From NCBI RefSeq assembly GCF_006345805.1, contig NC_043014.1:51460001-51524000 (forward strand): a stretch of DNA of 64,000 nucleotides, read 5' to 3'. The stretch is from Octopus sinensis. Taxonomy: Eukaryota. Below the pieces are notes generated by a model. That model had not been told where the DNA came from and did no database searches. It saw only the letters and a list, made by a program, of their open reading frames with translations. Every line of letters starts with the position of its first letter. Positions within the stretch are counted from its first letter, which is position 1. The position numbers were made by a program, and so were the translations under genes. This document shows positions 12,903 to 26,818 of the stretch, piece by piece.

Positions 12903-14077
12903 ATATCTGCAAGATTTATGTATTTTTATACGATATGCACACACATATTTTTTCGTACGTACACAGAAACAGACACACACACACGCACACAAAGACATGC
13001 AGTCGTAGGTTGTAAGAAAATTAACGCACTAAGCGACTGTTGCGTGAGAGAAAGGATATCTTCACATCTGTGGTCGATGAACCAGTCTTTGGTTGCAGTG
13101 TTTCTTTTAGTATAACACATTTTACCGCTTTAGAATAGAATTACATTTTATGTTCGCCTTTCACGAGGGAGGAAATATACTCCACATTGTACATTAGAAG
13201 GCTTCTCAGGCAGTTGGAGTGTGGAGCATAGAAGGTATCTTATAAGAGAAGAACCTGCTTCTCAACCATATGGTTCCAGGTGCAATCTCTTTGGCATCTT
13301 CTGCATGTATCTTCTGCTATATTGCTATATGCTTAAGTTAACCAAAGCCTTGTCAGTGGCTTTCGGAGCAGAATCTCAAAGAAAGCCGTCATACATATCG
13401 TACTCCCGCACGCCATGTATGTAGGTATATAACACACACACACACATATATATATATAAGACCCGACAGCATTAACCTTTTTAGGAAGTAACTGAACAAA
13501 AGGTAAAATTTCCAGCGCGACGGGAAGGGCTGAAGCCATGATGGATTCGCCCGTTTTGCTTGAAAGAGAAACCGTTATACTGAAGATACAATCACATACA
13601 ATCCAACAGGAATACATTTTAAAAGATATTGTAGTAATATCCGGGTACGCCAACGAGTTTTATTATTAAAATTATTTGTAATCTAGAGATAACGGGTGGG
13701 ATGTTGGAAGCTGGACCCAGCATTTGATCGGGACTTTATTTTACCGCTACAAATGAAGCAAAATGAAATGCAAACTTGATCTCGCTATTCTTTACAGAAG
13801 TGTTTCTTGACTATGTCAACCATGGCAGCATGCGTTCCTCAAGTTACCTTTTGGAGCTTCCTGATGTTCTCCCCTCTAAATATGAATGTCTCTCTGTCTT
13901 ATATTTTAATTTTTTTTTATTTCTTGCGTGCTCCCTAAAAAGATCCAGATTTTGGATCTGATTGGATATTAAAAAGGCTGAGAACTATTGATTTAAAGTC
14001 GGAACTAAAAGAGCAGAACAAATGTAACATGTCTTATATATTTGACAAGTCTTATATATGTGACAAGTTTTAGTATA

Positions 14078-14295
14078 TATTTCTTTACTACCCATAAGAG
14101 GCTAAACACAGAGGGGACAAACGGATTAAGTCGATTACATCGACCCCAGTGCATAACTGATACTTAATTTATCGAGCCCGAAAGGATGAATGGCAAAGTC
14201 GACTACGGCAGAATTTGTACTGAGAACGTAACGGCAGACGAAATATGGCTACGCATTTCGCCCGTCGTGCTAACGGTTCTGCCAGCTCGCCGCCT
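14078..14295 (-). mobile_element. SINE family S2 with ~23-bp target-site duplication
   Basis: Flanked by tatatgtgacaagttttagtata (14055-14077) and tatatgtgacaagtcttagtata (14296-14318), 1 mismatch. Confidence 0.9.
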
Positions 14296-15243
14296 TATAT
14301 GTGACAAGTCTTAGTATAAAGGACGCGCTGGATATTACGATGCTGATTTTTCTAACGAAATGGTCACTACTGGAATGGCATTGATTAAAGATAAGCCTGT
14401 TCGATCGCAGCAGCATCAACAATAACTATAGATTGCATATAAGAATATAACACGATACACGTCCTGTTGAAATACTTATCGTCTCACTGCATAAAATTTA
14501 TTATAATTGGGCGACTATTAATCTTGGAATAATGATTCAAGTTCTCCAATGAATCACAGAGTATCATTATTGGTTTCAATGACATCGATTTTGTCTGCTC
14601 CAATAGCAAATACCGATTTTCAGCATTATATCATTCTAAAGTTCTTATATGTAGCATTCGGAAAACTTTGCCGAACTTTGTGAAATTAAAGTCACTGTAA
14701 GTGTTTAACTCATTTAACGAAATTACATTAGTTTAATTAGCTAATTTACAAGATACCCATAGATAAGGTCATGATTAATCAACAAAATTACTATTCGAAC
14801 CTGTCTCTTATTTTTCATTTTCTCTTTCACTATCTTTCACTGTGTTTCATTCTCCATCTTTCTTACCAACCGCATTATTTTTTTTTCTTCAGAAATGTCT
14901 TTGCAATCGATTTATACATTTACATATGTATGCATTGTTGAGTGACTGATAAACTTGTTTTCCGATCACTTGGCTTCAGGTTCATTCCCGGTTCACAGTA
15001 TCTTGTATCCTCGTCTCAGGTCCCGCCATGTATTCTGCTTTGGTCGGTGGACACTATAAGGAAACTCTTTGGGTTAATAGTAGATATTTTCCAAAGATCA
15101 GTCCGTGTTAGATATTGCTAACTGAAAATAGCTTTGGAAAAATATTAAGGGAACGCATTCAATCCTTATATTTGTGTTATACGTAACCTTTAGCTAGTAA
15201 GTATTTAACTAGTAAGTATTTAGACTAGCATTTGACTGGTAAG

Positions 15244-15813
15244 TATTGGGTTGTCCGGAAAGTTCGTGCCGATATATAGTAGCTTACATTTCGACTTATT
15301 TTAGAACATAGTCGAGGCCATAAAATAGGATTTGACTACACCTACATTTATAGCACAGTTTAAGCTATCTTTTTGTGGAAGAAGGTTTATGTTCCTATAA
15401 CCTGTGTTAATTCGGTAACCCTTTAAAATGGAAGATAAGAAAGTTCATTTTCGGCTCTTCAAGCTTTGGGAACCAGACAAAAATTGCTGCAGCTCAGCTG
15501 GGATGTGTTACCCCACCCTCCATATTCACCAGATATTGCTCCTTTGGATTTCCACTTATTTAGTTCCATGCAGAATAGTAATAATGGTAAAGATTTTAAT
15601 TCCTTGGGTGACGTAAAAAGATACCTTGACGAATTATTTGCCATGAAACCAAGTCAATTCTGGGAATAGGGTATTTTCAAGTTGAAGGAAAGATGGAGAC
15701 GTATTGTGCAACAAAATGGTTCATATTTGGTTGATTAAAAATGTAATTGCAAGTATTTATTGACCATTTTCTTTTCTTTAAAAATCGGCACGAACTTTCC
15801 GGACAACCCAATA
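15244..15813 (+). mobile_element. Internally deleted mariner transposon (mellifera-like subfamily)
   Basis: Perfect 28-bp TIRs ttgggttgtccggaaagttcgtgccgat (15246-15273 and 15784-15811) with TA at both ends. N-terminal MEDKKVHFR is fused to C-terminal TRQKLLQLSWDVLPHPPYSPDIAPLDFHLF...FWE*GIFKLKERWRRIVQQNGSYLVD. Confidence 0.95.
15428..15737 (+). pseudogene. Mariner transposase remnant (deleted core, premature TAG at 15667-15669)
   Basis: The HPPYSPD(I/L)AP motif is diagnostic of mariner transposases. Most of the DNA-binding and catalytic region is missing. Confidence 0.9.
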
Positions 15814-16545
15814 ATTCAGTTGCATACTGGACAAGATATGAAACTGAGTCAGATGGTGACACCTCAGCTCGAGGTTTCAAGTGTTTCAGAGAGCATGGGG
15901 TTACCACTATCCCTGGCCACTCTATCTCTGGCTGGTAGTTGGTGTCAAAGATTCCAGTGATGGATTAAACAGATGTCTTATGGCAGGGTCACAGAGATAC
16001 GGGTGTGTAGATCTGTATTGAAGTCACGTTAATTATTAACCCTGCTTAAGAGTTAAACAAGGATTAAACTTAAAAAGGAATTAGAGACAGCAGGAAACTG
16101 GAAGATCTGAGCAGTAAATAAATCATTCAAATTCAACAAGAAATTATAAATCTTCATATATTGGCATGGAAACTTAAGATGGCTGAATTCAAGCTAAGAT
16201 TAATCCTGATTTATTTATAAGTCTTTTGAGTAATTCATCACAGAAAAAGACGCTGCAACGTTTTTCCTTGCAAGAAATCAAGTGATTTTAAAGAACAAAC
16301 GTAGAAGCATGCCTGCGGTATCATAATATGTTAGAAATAACAGCTACATTTAAAAAAAGAAAATTGTGATACTAATGGGGTTTTTTTCCCTGCATTGTAG
16401 TAAAATTGCAGAGACGGGGTTAAATTTGTTCATTGTTAAATCTACTTCTTCCGAGTGTGTTTTCCTGGTAGGAAATTACAAAATTAAGACGACTGTGAAG
16501 ATAAACTGAGAGAATATTTCTTTAGATGTAATATATGCTTGACTC

Positions 16546-16760
16546 TAAGGCGGCGAGCTGGCAGAAACGTTAGCACGCCGGGCGAAATGCTTAGCGGTAT
16601 TTCGTCTGCCGCTACGTTCTGAGTTCAAATTCCACCGAGGTCGACTTTGCCTTTCATCCTTTCGGGGCCAATAAATTAAGTACCAGTTGCGTACTGCGGT
16701 CGATCTAATCGACTGTCCCGATCCCCTAAAATTTGCAACCTTGTCCCTAGAGTAGAAAAC
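16546..16760 (+). mobile_element. SINE family S2, tail type 2, with perfect 16-bp TSD
   Basis: aatatatgcttgactc at 16530-16545 and 16761-16776. Head and centre match 1375-1610 but the 3' tail is different. Confidence 0.92.
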
Positions 16761-17563
16761 AATATATGCTTGACTCAATTGTTACCTCCTTACTTCCTTC
16801 CATTACTCTCAATTTCGGCACATTTTTTAAATGAAGAGAGGATATAATAGATGGAAACAACACTCACAAGAGCACTCTCTTCTTCTCTCTCTCCCTCATA
16901 GAAAATCACACCCTTACAGGCATAAATGTATGTATACATATATATATATGCATGTATGTATGTATATATATATATAATATATATATATATGTATACATAG
17001 TGTGTGTGTTAGAAGAAAAGTGAGAAGTAGGAGAGAAAATGAGTCAAAGAATAAGAAAAGGAACTTAGGATGCCAGAAAAGAGATAGTTTATGACATTTT
17101 CGAATCCGGAAGTTCCCTGGTTGATCAATGCTCTTACTTTTATCTCCGGAAACTATCTAAAGCTTTCTTATCCCCCCACCTGACAGGTGATAGAGATCTG
17201 GCTGGCAACTTGCACGCACCCTGTAGGGCGTCCATATACTCACGAACACAGACAGGGCACACACATGTGTGTATTTGAGCAAATACGTACTTGCGTATTC
17301 AACAGAGGGTCCTTTTAAGAAATATTTATTATTAATGCTGAGGAGAATCAGCAGATGTTAAGAAGAACATCGATATGAATACAAATGATAAAAACACTAC
17401 AGTATTAAATTATTAAATAGGTGTAAGGAAATTAGAACGAAATGTGATTATCATTTCATGTGGTATAGATATTTTAAGGATTGCTTTTTAATTCTAACGT
17501 GCAAATAAAAAATAAGAGAAATATGTTATTTCAATACAAAATAAATTTTTTATTTTATATAAA

Positions 17564-17726
17564 GGTGCAGGAGTGGCTGTGTGGTACGTAGCTTGCTAAC
17601 CAACCACATGGTTCCGGGTTCAGTCCCACTGCGTGGCATCATGGGCAAGTGTCTTCTGCTATAGCCCCGGGCCGACCAATGCCTTGTGATTGGATTAGGT
17701 AGATGGAAACTGAAAGAAGCCTGTCG

Positions 17727-17759
<33 letters not shown>

Positions 17760-17980
17760 TTGTGTGTCTGTGTTTGTCCCCCTAGCATTGCTTGACAACC
17801 GATGCTGGTGTGTTTACGTCCCCGTCACTTAGCGGTTCGGCAAAAGAGACCGATAGAATAAGCACTGGGCTTACAAAGAGTAAGTCCCGGGGTCGATTTG
17901 CTCGACTAAAGTCGGTGCTCCAGCATAGCCGCAGTCAAAATAACTGAAACAAGTAAAAGAGTAAATGAGAGTAAAAGAGA
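17564..17980 (+). mobile_element. SINE family S1, full length
   Basis: ggtgcaggagtggctgtgtggta (A-box region), gggttcagtccc (B-box-like), CORE-like tgggcaagtgtcttc, internal (AT)n, tail gtaaaagagtaaa. Confidence 0.9.
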
Positions 17981-18572
17981 ATGTAGGACCCTGCTTCGTA
18001 ATGTATTCTAAGACTAATCCACAAAAAACTAGCGCACTAATTAGTTAATAATATATGCATGCCTGTAAGATTTAAAGATCTGACGTTTACGCAATACAGT
18101 GTATTCAGAATATTTGTACAGATGATGTTATTTCTAAAAGGTAATCTGCAGGTTTTCTGTCGTGCAGGGTATGCATGGTTTTTTTTTCTTCTCTCTACAA
18201 CAGAACCATGAACATTTTATTTCATTCTAGCTATTGAATGTATGTTTAAAGCCCTATTTTCCAGTTCCCTACACCATAAATGTAATGCTATCTTAGTTCT
18301 GTTTGTGTTCTTCAACGAGTGATTATGGTCGTTTTAACATTGATTAAGCATTACGTATGCCATTTCCGTAATCATTCAAAGCTGCAAATTATCTCTGTGA
18401 TGTATTTGTAATCAATGTGCTTAGCTAAATGCTTTGGGTTTACGGACTCTAAATTACATTTTCCTCTTCGTCAGGGTGCCGGGTGTTTGTGCGTTTTAGA
18501 GATGTTGAAAATAAAACGATCCAATGATTATCATTAGTGGAGTCAAAAGGTTACGAAATATACGCGTATAAA

Positions 18573-18603
<31 letters not shown>

Positions 18604-18694
18604 CAGAATCTCTCTCTCTAATCTGGAGTTTGCCTGACAATTCATAATCATCAAGAAAACCATTAAATTGCACAGGTATAAATTTATATATAAT

Positions 18695-18885
<191 letters not shown>

Positions 18886-19262
18886 CCACCCACACATAAT
18901 CTTTTACGCATGTTGTATATACATATTTAGCGTTTTGTGTCGGTTTATTATTGTCGTAATATGTGTATGTGTGCGTGTTTACGGTGTCATAATGCGTTGT
19001 ATATTTTAGTCTATAAATAAATTCTTACAAACAGCGATAGAAGAGAAGATGTGTACAAAAGCGAGACAGTAGTGTTAAGAAGTAACTAATGACTGATTGA
19101 CATATGAATGAAATCGCATAAAGAAATGATAGGAAGTTAAGTAGTAAAGTATTACATTGGTAAAGAGATAAGCAGATAACTGAGTAGAACGGTAAGAATC
19201 TTGGCAAAAATGTACGCTGATAGACAGATCAAAATTATAGAGAGTGATATGACTTTAGTGAG

Positions 19263-19577
19263 GAGTGAAAGCGCATGGCCTAGTGGTTAGTTTATTCGAC
19301 TCATGATTGTTAGGTCGTGAATTCGCCTCCCGGACATGCGTTGAGTCCTTCAGCAAGACATTTCATTCACGTCAATCCAGTTGATTCATTTGACAAAATT
19401 GAGCGTTACATGTATTTTAAAAGTTCACACTCTGTGTCACGCTGAGACTTACTGAGAACTACACGAAGGGTAAGCGTGTCTGTGGAGTGCTCGGCCACAT
19501 GCATGTTAATCTCATTAGCAGGCAGTTCCGTTAATCAGATCAACTGGAATGCTCATCGTGGTAACCGACGGTGTGCC
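19263..19577 (+). mobile_element. SINE family S3
   Basis: gcgcatggcctagtggttag head and tail ...gatcaactggaatgctcatcgtggtaaccgacggtgtgcc, homologous to the 1647 and 37994 copies. Confidence 0.75.
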
Positions 19578-20306
19578 TGTTCAGTGAGGGAGACACACTG
19601 AACGTCACACAACTGAAACAGATTCTCAATGCATTTAGTAAGAAGCATAATGCGTACCTTCAGAAAGAAAGAGTTATTAGAATATGTTAGTGTCTTGGAG
19701 GATGAAATCTTAGAAATCGCAAGGAAACCAATGCCAGGCATGGCATTGGTTGTTTTATAAAGAATATTTTTGCTTCTGAGAATTCTTTTTCGTGTTCTCA
19801 TGTTCTGAAATTATTTTCCACTCTTCTGCTTCCGATGTGCATTATTTCGATTTCAATCGCATCAATAGGTGTCTATGGGCAAAAGTTACGTACATATGTA
19901 TATATAATTATATGTGTGTGTTTGTGCATTGTGTGGTGTGTGTTTAAATATGTACAGCAATCTATATTTCTGTGTATGTATTTATGAATGTGTTTGTGTG
20001 TGTGCGTGTCTTTAGACTTCAGTGATTTTGCTCGCATAATGTTTAAATACATGCACATCTTTAACTAGTAATCTACATCTAGTGTGTTAATGCGGGTGTA
20101 TTAACACCCGCATTGAAAACTAACAGACGTATATACGCCTATATTATACACATGCGTACACGTACATACGTGGAAGTGCCCCTTATTATTGTTTGTACCT
20201 CTTTCTCCCTCGCTCTCTCACACTCTCACTCAGTATGTGTGCATATACATATATATGTATATATATGCATATATATGTGTGTGTATATATATATATGCAT
20301 ATATAT

Positions 20307-20345
<39 letters not shown>

Positions 20346-20388
20346 TATATATACACATATATATATATACACACATATATATATATAT

Positions 20389-20426
<38 letters not shown>

Positions 20427-20443
20427 TATATATACACACACAC

Positions 20444-20475
<32 letters not shown>

Positions 20476-20570
20476 GTATATATACATATATATATAACAA
20501 AGAACAAACAATCTTCCGTATAGCATAAAGACAAAACTGTATGTTTGATTCTTATCTATTCTCAGGTTAC

Positions 20571-20619
<49 letters not shown>

Positions 20620-21133
20620 CACTTACACAATTATATCTGTATTAATGAGAATTGAGAAGAGCGGGGGGAGGTTTATTTGTAGTATTTGTAACCAGACACT
20701 CTTAATATCTCTCACACTGCATCACATAAAGTTAAATAATGCTTAGAAGAATGAAAGCAGACATTCATAACATAACTTGACTCAATGATAAAGTTCTTGT
20801 GAGTAGAAATATCTGAAGCGCCTCAGGTCAACCTATTGTAATGTAATACAGTACTTTCTGTGCAGATGTAAATGTGTCCTCGAATTATTATATACAGTTT
20901 CTTTGAACATTTCATTATATGGCCCCCCACCTCTCTCCCTCCCTCCCTCCCTCCCTCTCTCTGTCTCTCCTTCCCTTTCTCTCTCCCTCCCTCTATATAT
21001 TTATACATACATACATGTGACTATGATGTATCGTTTTTGTTGACATATCTGTTTGTTGACACACGCACAGTATGCTTTTCTTATCTAACACTCTACATGT
21101 ATGTAAATAGATACATATAAACATGTATGTATG

Positions 21134-21163
<30 letters not shown>

Positions 21164-21164
<1 letters not shown>

Positions 21165-21543
21165 CTATATATAAACGGCAGTTTGTCTGTGCATGTTTCT
21201 GTGTGTCTGTTTGCTTGTACCCTCACCCCGACCACGGCTTTCAACCGATTCTGATGAAACTTGACACACACATAGCCCAATGTCATAATTCAAAACTAAC
21301 GCAGCGAAAAGTTTGAAAAGTTCCCCCAGTTCTGAAAAAAATCGATAAATTCGACATGGGGTCGAGAATCAGAAACACGAACCACAAACTGTCATGGGGA
21401 CGCAACTCCACCTTTTTTAAATCTCCCAAAATAAATTTACCATCATTTTTTCCCATTTTTTTCTATTTTTTGGCTATAACTCTCTAAAAATGCTTTATAG
21501 TTATTTCCCTTACAAACCTGAGCAACGCCGGGCGATACTGCTA

Positions 21544-21544
<1 letters not shown>
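21164..21544 (+). mobile_element. Non-autonomous Helitron (5' type X)
   Basis: A|TC start and CTAG|T end, GC-rich subterminal segment cctgagcaacgccggg (hairpin cccg/cggg in the other copies), inserted in (TA)n. Homologous end to end with 63123-63501. Confidence 0.85.
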
Positions 21545-21592
<48 letters not shown>

Positions 21593-21674
21593 CTAGATAT
21601 ACTTGTCTGTATCTATTACTCTGTGCGAACGTCTTTTAATACTTTTATATACCACGTCCTCACCTTATGTTTTC

Positions 21675-21741
<67 letters not shown>

Positions 21742-22902
21742 CGTTTCGGTCTCTTACTTTATTATTACTATTAACTTCTTTTAATCATCTCATAATAATG
21801 ACCTTTATGATTTGTATTACTGCCTCAGTCATTCTAAATGTATATATTTTTCACTACCTGTCATAAATAGCCATTTTCTATCTGCAACTTCTTGTTCTTT
21901 TTTCTCTTGCTTCCTATTCTCTTGCTACTTCTGCTCTACGAGATGCATCTGATGCAACTGGCAATTTGTTTTTACATGAATTGTTTTTGTTGATCTTATC
22001 TGTGTCAGCTGCATCTGTTGGCGTCTTTAATGCAACTAATACCTTACAAACGCCGAGGTTGCAATTAATGCTGCTGTTACCATCACCGTTCTAATCGTTG
22101 CTCTTGTTTCCATTGTCTTTGAAGTTGTAGTTTAGAACCATTTCATCTCTGATTGTTCAGCCTCAACACGAGAGAAGCACCACATGTGACTATCATATCT
22201 CGCGAGAGTGGGATTAACGATACCTGGGAGAAAAGGCTAAAGCTGGACATGAAATCGCATTGTCTACATACTTAAATCCTTATTCACTGCGGTTGAGAAG
22301 GATAAGCAAAAATATATAAGAATTACTGAACTATCAAAGATTACAGTGGAAGGAGACGATTAGGTGCGGCTCTGTGGACGCTAGAGATCTGCCGAGGCGA
22401 TGTGGACATTTTGAAGACAGTACATTTTGTTACTGGATGTAGATTTATATACGCAGACGCATGTTCACATACAGAAAAATACTCAGAGACACAGAAATAG
22501 GGTGATAAAGAGATATGACCGACGGCCGACCAAGTACTCGTAAGTGGATTTGGTAAATGGAAACTGAAAAAAGCCAGTCGTGTATATATATATATATTTA
22601 TATTGTGTGTATGTTTCTGTCTGTGTTTTCCCCCCACCATCGATGAGCGTTTGCTTACGTTCCCGTAACCTAGCGGTTCGGCAAAAGGTTATGTACCAGC
22701 CTCGAAAGAAAAAAGTATACTGGATTGACTCATTCGACTAAAAGTTGTTTAAGTTTGTGCCCCAGCATGGCCTCAGACAAGTGATTGAAGCAAGTAGAAT
22801 TTAAAAGCGAATGTATTAAATCAGAACATACTACAAGGCTTTTCAACCGGCGATCATTTCTCAATTCCAAAATACCCCACCACCCTGAAATAGTACTTTA
22901 GC

Positions 22903-23138
22903 TGTCAAACACGAAATAATTGTAAAAGGTAAATTTAACGTCGGTGGGGATTGAACTTGTGTCGTACAGAATCAAAAATAACATATCGAAAGACATCTCA
23001 CACGACCACCTCATCGAGCATCAGTGTCAAACACGAAATATTTGTGAAAGGTACATTTAAAATCGGCAGGGATTGAACTTGTGTCGTACAGAATCGAAAT
23101 AACGTATCGAAAGGAATCTCACACGACCACCTCATCGA
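22903..23138. repeat. Tandem duplication, 122-bp period, of a decayed SINE-like fragment
   Basis: Units start tgtcaaacacgaaata at 22903 and 23025. Both contain gggattgaacttgtgtcgtacagaatc...tctcacacgaccacctcatcga. Confidence 0.85.
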
Positions 23139-24297
23139 TTATTAGAGAATGGTACTTTGTTTATTGATCTCAAAATTACGCGAAGCGAAGCCGTCATCGG
23201 CAGGATTTGAAATCAGTGCTTTGATAGTAGGAGCTAACGCTGCCAGGGATATTATCCGACGCTCTAATGACTTTCCAATTCAGTGATTAATGAATTAGAA
23301 AAAGCATGGAATGGTGCATCGATGCGCAGGGACACTCCACTTAACGCCACTTAACGGCAGCAGCACAGGAGAGGCAACGATATACGGGGTCAGCCTCAAT
23401 GCCTTATTGAAAAGAAGAAAAAAAAAATGTTGACAATTTGAGGTGTGTCATAAGTAAGGCAGCATTCAAACATTTGGGTAAAGTTAAACGTTGTTTTACG
23501 TATGGGGCATTTACTAGTTTAGTCACATATTAAACGCAACCATAAATCAATATGCATAAAATGAGCGAGATATTGGTTCCGATTCTATCCAATCATCCGT
23601 GCCAGGTTTTTCCTTCCGAAAATGTTTGGCCTTGTGCCTTGGTCTGAATAAATTGTTATGTTTATACTTTCAATCAATGTTCATCCTTTATGCCTCAACG
23701 ACAAAAATATATTTCAATATTATCATATTGAAATAAATATTTAGCTATGTAGCTACACTGCTGAGATTGTTGCTGCTGTTCTTGTTATCGTTTCTGCCGC
23801 TGTAGCTGCTGCAGCTGTTGCTGGTATTTAGTGTTGTTGTTGTTGTTCCGATTGTTCTCTTTATCAATCTCGGCACCTCAAAATGTCGTCTTCGCTTCTC
23901 TCAGTAACGCTATAGCGCTTCCATCGTTGCGTCAACATAACACAACACTTCTTCCCAGTGATATGCATGGCTGCGTTAAATTCTTATCTGCATTGCCAAA
24001 AACGCTGGAAAATTCGAAGCGAAACTGTTTACTCGTCTTTACTCATCTTTCTATCGCTACCAGAGAAAACATAAACAAGCGCACCACTCCCACCCAACCG
24101 TCCTCAGGTTTATGCCACTCGTTTTTGCCCAAGATAACCACACACGCACACACAATTCCATTTCTCGGTGTTTGTCATCGGATTCTATTCAGGCTGTATC
24201 AATCACGGTTCGTCATACACCGGATTGCCTGATAGATATCGTTGTTCGTGATCTTCGTGGTTTGTTGTGGTGCTGTACACATACATGTATGTGTGTT

Positions 24298-24425
24298 TAC
24301 TCTTTTACTTGTTTCAGTCATTTGACCGCGGCCATGCTGGAGCACTGAACCGCCAAGTGACCGGGACGTAAACACACCAGCATCGCTTGTCAAGCAATGC
24401 TAGGGGGACAAACACAGACACAAAA

Positions 24426-24470
<45 letters not shown>

Positions 24471-24628
24471 CATATATACGACAGGCTTCTTTCAGTTTCC
24501 GTCAACCAAATCCACTCACAAGGGATTGGTCGGGCCGGAGCTATAGCAGAAGACACTTGCCCAAGGTGCCACGCAGTGGGACTGAACCCGGAACCATGTG
24601 GCTGGTAAGCAAGCTACTTACCACACAG

Positions 24629-24630
<2 letters not shown>
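24298..24630 (-). mobile_element. SINE family S1 with internal deletion in the tail
   Basis: Homologous to 6844-7266 but lacks the segment between ggagcac and gaaccgc. Confidence 0.85.
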
Positions 24631-24665
<35 letters not shown>

Positions 24666-24880
24666 TATCATATATCGATCCTATTTCTCTCTTCGTTAGC
24701 CCTTGTTTTACTCCCTTGCAGATTCGTTAAACGCACGGAATAGACACCCTTGAAGATTTTTTTCCAGCTGTTTACGTTCTAGGTTCAATTCGCACTGAGA
24801 TTCCTTATAAAGACCCTGAAAACTCCTCACAGCCCTAGTTTTGTTATCTCATTCTGTCTATTACATATATATATACATAC

Positions 24881-24933
<53 letters not shown>

Positions 24934-26645
24934 CGCAGGAGTGGTTGCGTGTAAATAGCTTGTCTACCAACCACATATATATATATATATATCTCAAATG
25001 TATGTATGGGTGGGTGTGTTACATTTATTAGTAGGCAATGCAATTACAGTACTAAGTTTTCACTGATGGAATTTTCAACTTCTTCCATTGTTGTAATTCT
25101 TTCAAATCATTCTTGTCGTTGCTATTGTTGTAGCTGTTTCTATTTTCATATTTGTATTGTTTCAGATTGTTTTTGCTTTTACTATTAATGTATTTTTAAC
25201 CAACGCTCATTTTTTTTTCTCTATATATTTTATACCATTTTGTCTACTTATTTTTCCTGATGTGTCCATTTGCAACAGCTGTTCTTGAGGCTTCCTGGAA
25301 TTGCATATTCAGTACCACTGATAATGTATTTTTTTTATTGTTATTCTATCCATATTCTTCTTTTTTTTTTTACATGATGACGCTGTCGTTATTGTGTGAT
25401 CAGTTGATATTTTTGTTGATCGTATCGTTATTGCTTTTATTAAAAATGAAAATTACAATTTCGGCAAAGAAACAGCGTGGACTAAAATGCTTTACATTAT
25501 TTAGAAACTCTGGTCTTTATTTATTTATCTATTTATTTATTTAGTTATTAAGTTCTGTGTTCAAATCCTATTAAGGATATTTTCGAACGTACAACAAAAT
25601 AAAGATCTTGTATTTATGTTTATCACTAACCCTTATTCAAACTCTCGGATTTATATGAAAAATTAACCGCATATATAATAGGAAAGTAACTTGATGGCAG
25701 GGTTGGTGGATCATGAGACAAAACAAATGCTCTATTGTGCATAGTTGCAGCACGTTTTGCTTTAGTTTCAAATCCCACTGCGATTGACTTTGCTTTTAAC
25801 CATTGTTTGGTCCAAGGACATAGTAATATTGGAGCCGATTTTGTACCCCGCTTCGATAAAATAAGATTGATTGTTTCTATAATATTGGTAATAATAATAA
25901 TCCTTTCTACTAAAGGCTCAAGGCCCGAAATTTGGGGAGAGATGGGGATGGGTCGATCTAATCGATTTCAGTCTTCAACAGGTGCTTATTTAATCAACCC
26001 CCGAAACGATAAAAGGCAAAATAGACATCGACGTAATTTGAACTCAGGAAGTACGGCTTGTCGCTAAGCAGTTTGCCCGGCGAATAACAATAATAATAAT
26101 GATAATAATAATAATACAGAAGTACAGCACTGGGAGAATGTGAATGAACACGAAGAAACGATCGCGACTCCAATAAAATTCCTTGTTAGTATGTACCACA
26201 AGAGAAAACGTTTGAGGGTTACACAACAAAAAAAACAAAACAAATGCAACCAAAGGCAACAACAACAATAACAGCAAGAAAAAAAAGAAAGTACAATAAT
26301 AACAAATAACATATTTCAAACTACAAAGTTATAAAACATTGGCCAAAAAAAAAATTTATAAAAAAATTAATAAAATAGATTACAACAAAAAAAAAATGAT
26401 GATTTGTATGAACTTCATGTTTAGAAAGAAAGGGGCTTTGAGCTGAACAATATATTTTGATGCTGTTGTCAATATACAATTATAAACTGCTCTGGCTAAA
26501 CATAATAAGCAGCGTGAGTTAGTTTGACCCCTGGAAATTGATTTCAACTCGTGGTTAAATGTTAAGTTAGAAAGTAAGTGTATCATTAGGATATTTGAAT
26601 TAAGTAATTTCCTGCGTTATAAACTCATAAATATCGACGTTATAT

Positions 26646-26695
<50 letters not shown>

Positions 26696-26770
26696 ATACA
26701 TTTGCATGCACTTATTCACTTACGCATACATTTATATAATGATTATACATGGGTGTCTTTCTGACAATTT

Positions 26771-26818
<48 letters not shown>

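Noticed and set aside
16033-16423. TTAA-CCCT ... GGGG-TTAA suggesting a piggyBac MITE
   Set aside because: Only 3 bp of terminal complementarity.
19579-19751. Two short hairpins (8-bp gttcagtg/cactgaac and 10-bp aaccaatgcc/ggcattggtt)
   Set aside because: Short isolated inverted repeats are expected by chance in 64 kb, and there is no supporting context.
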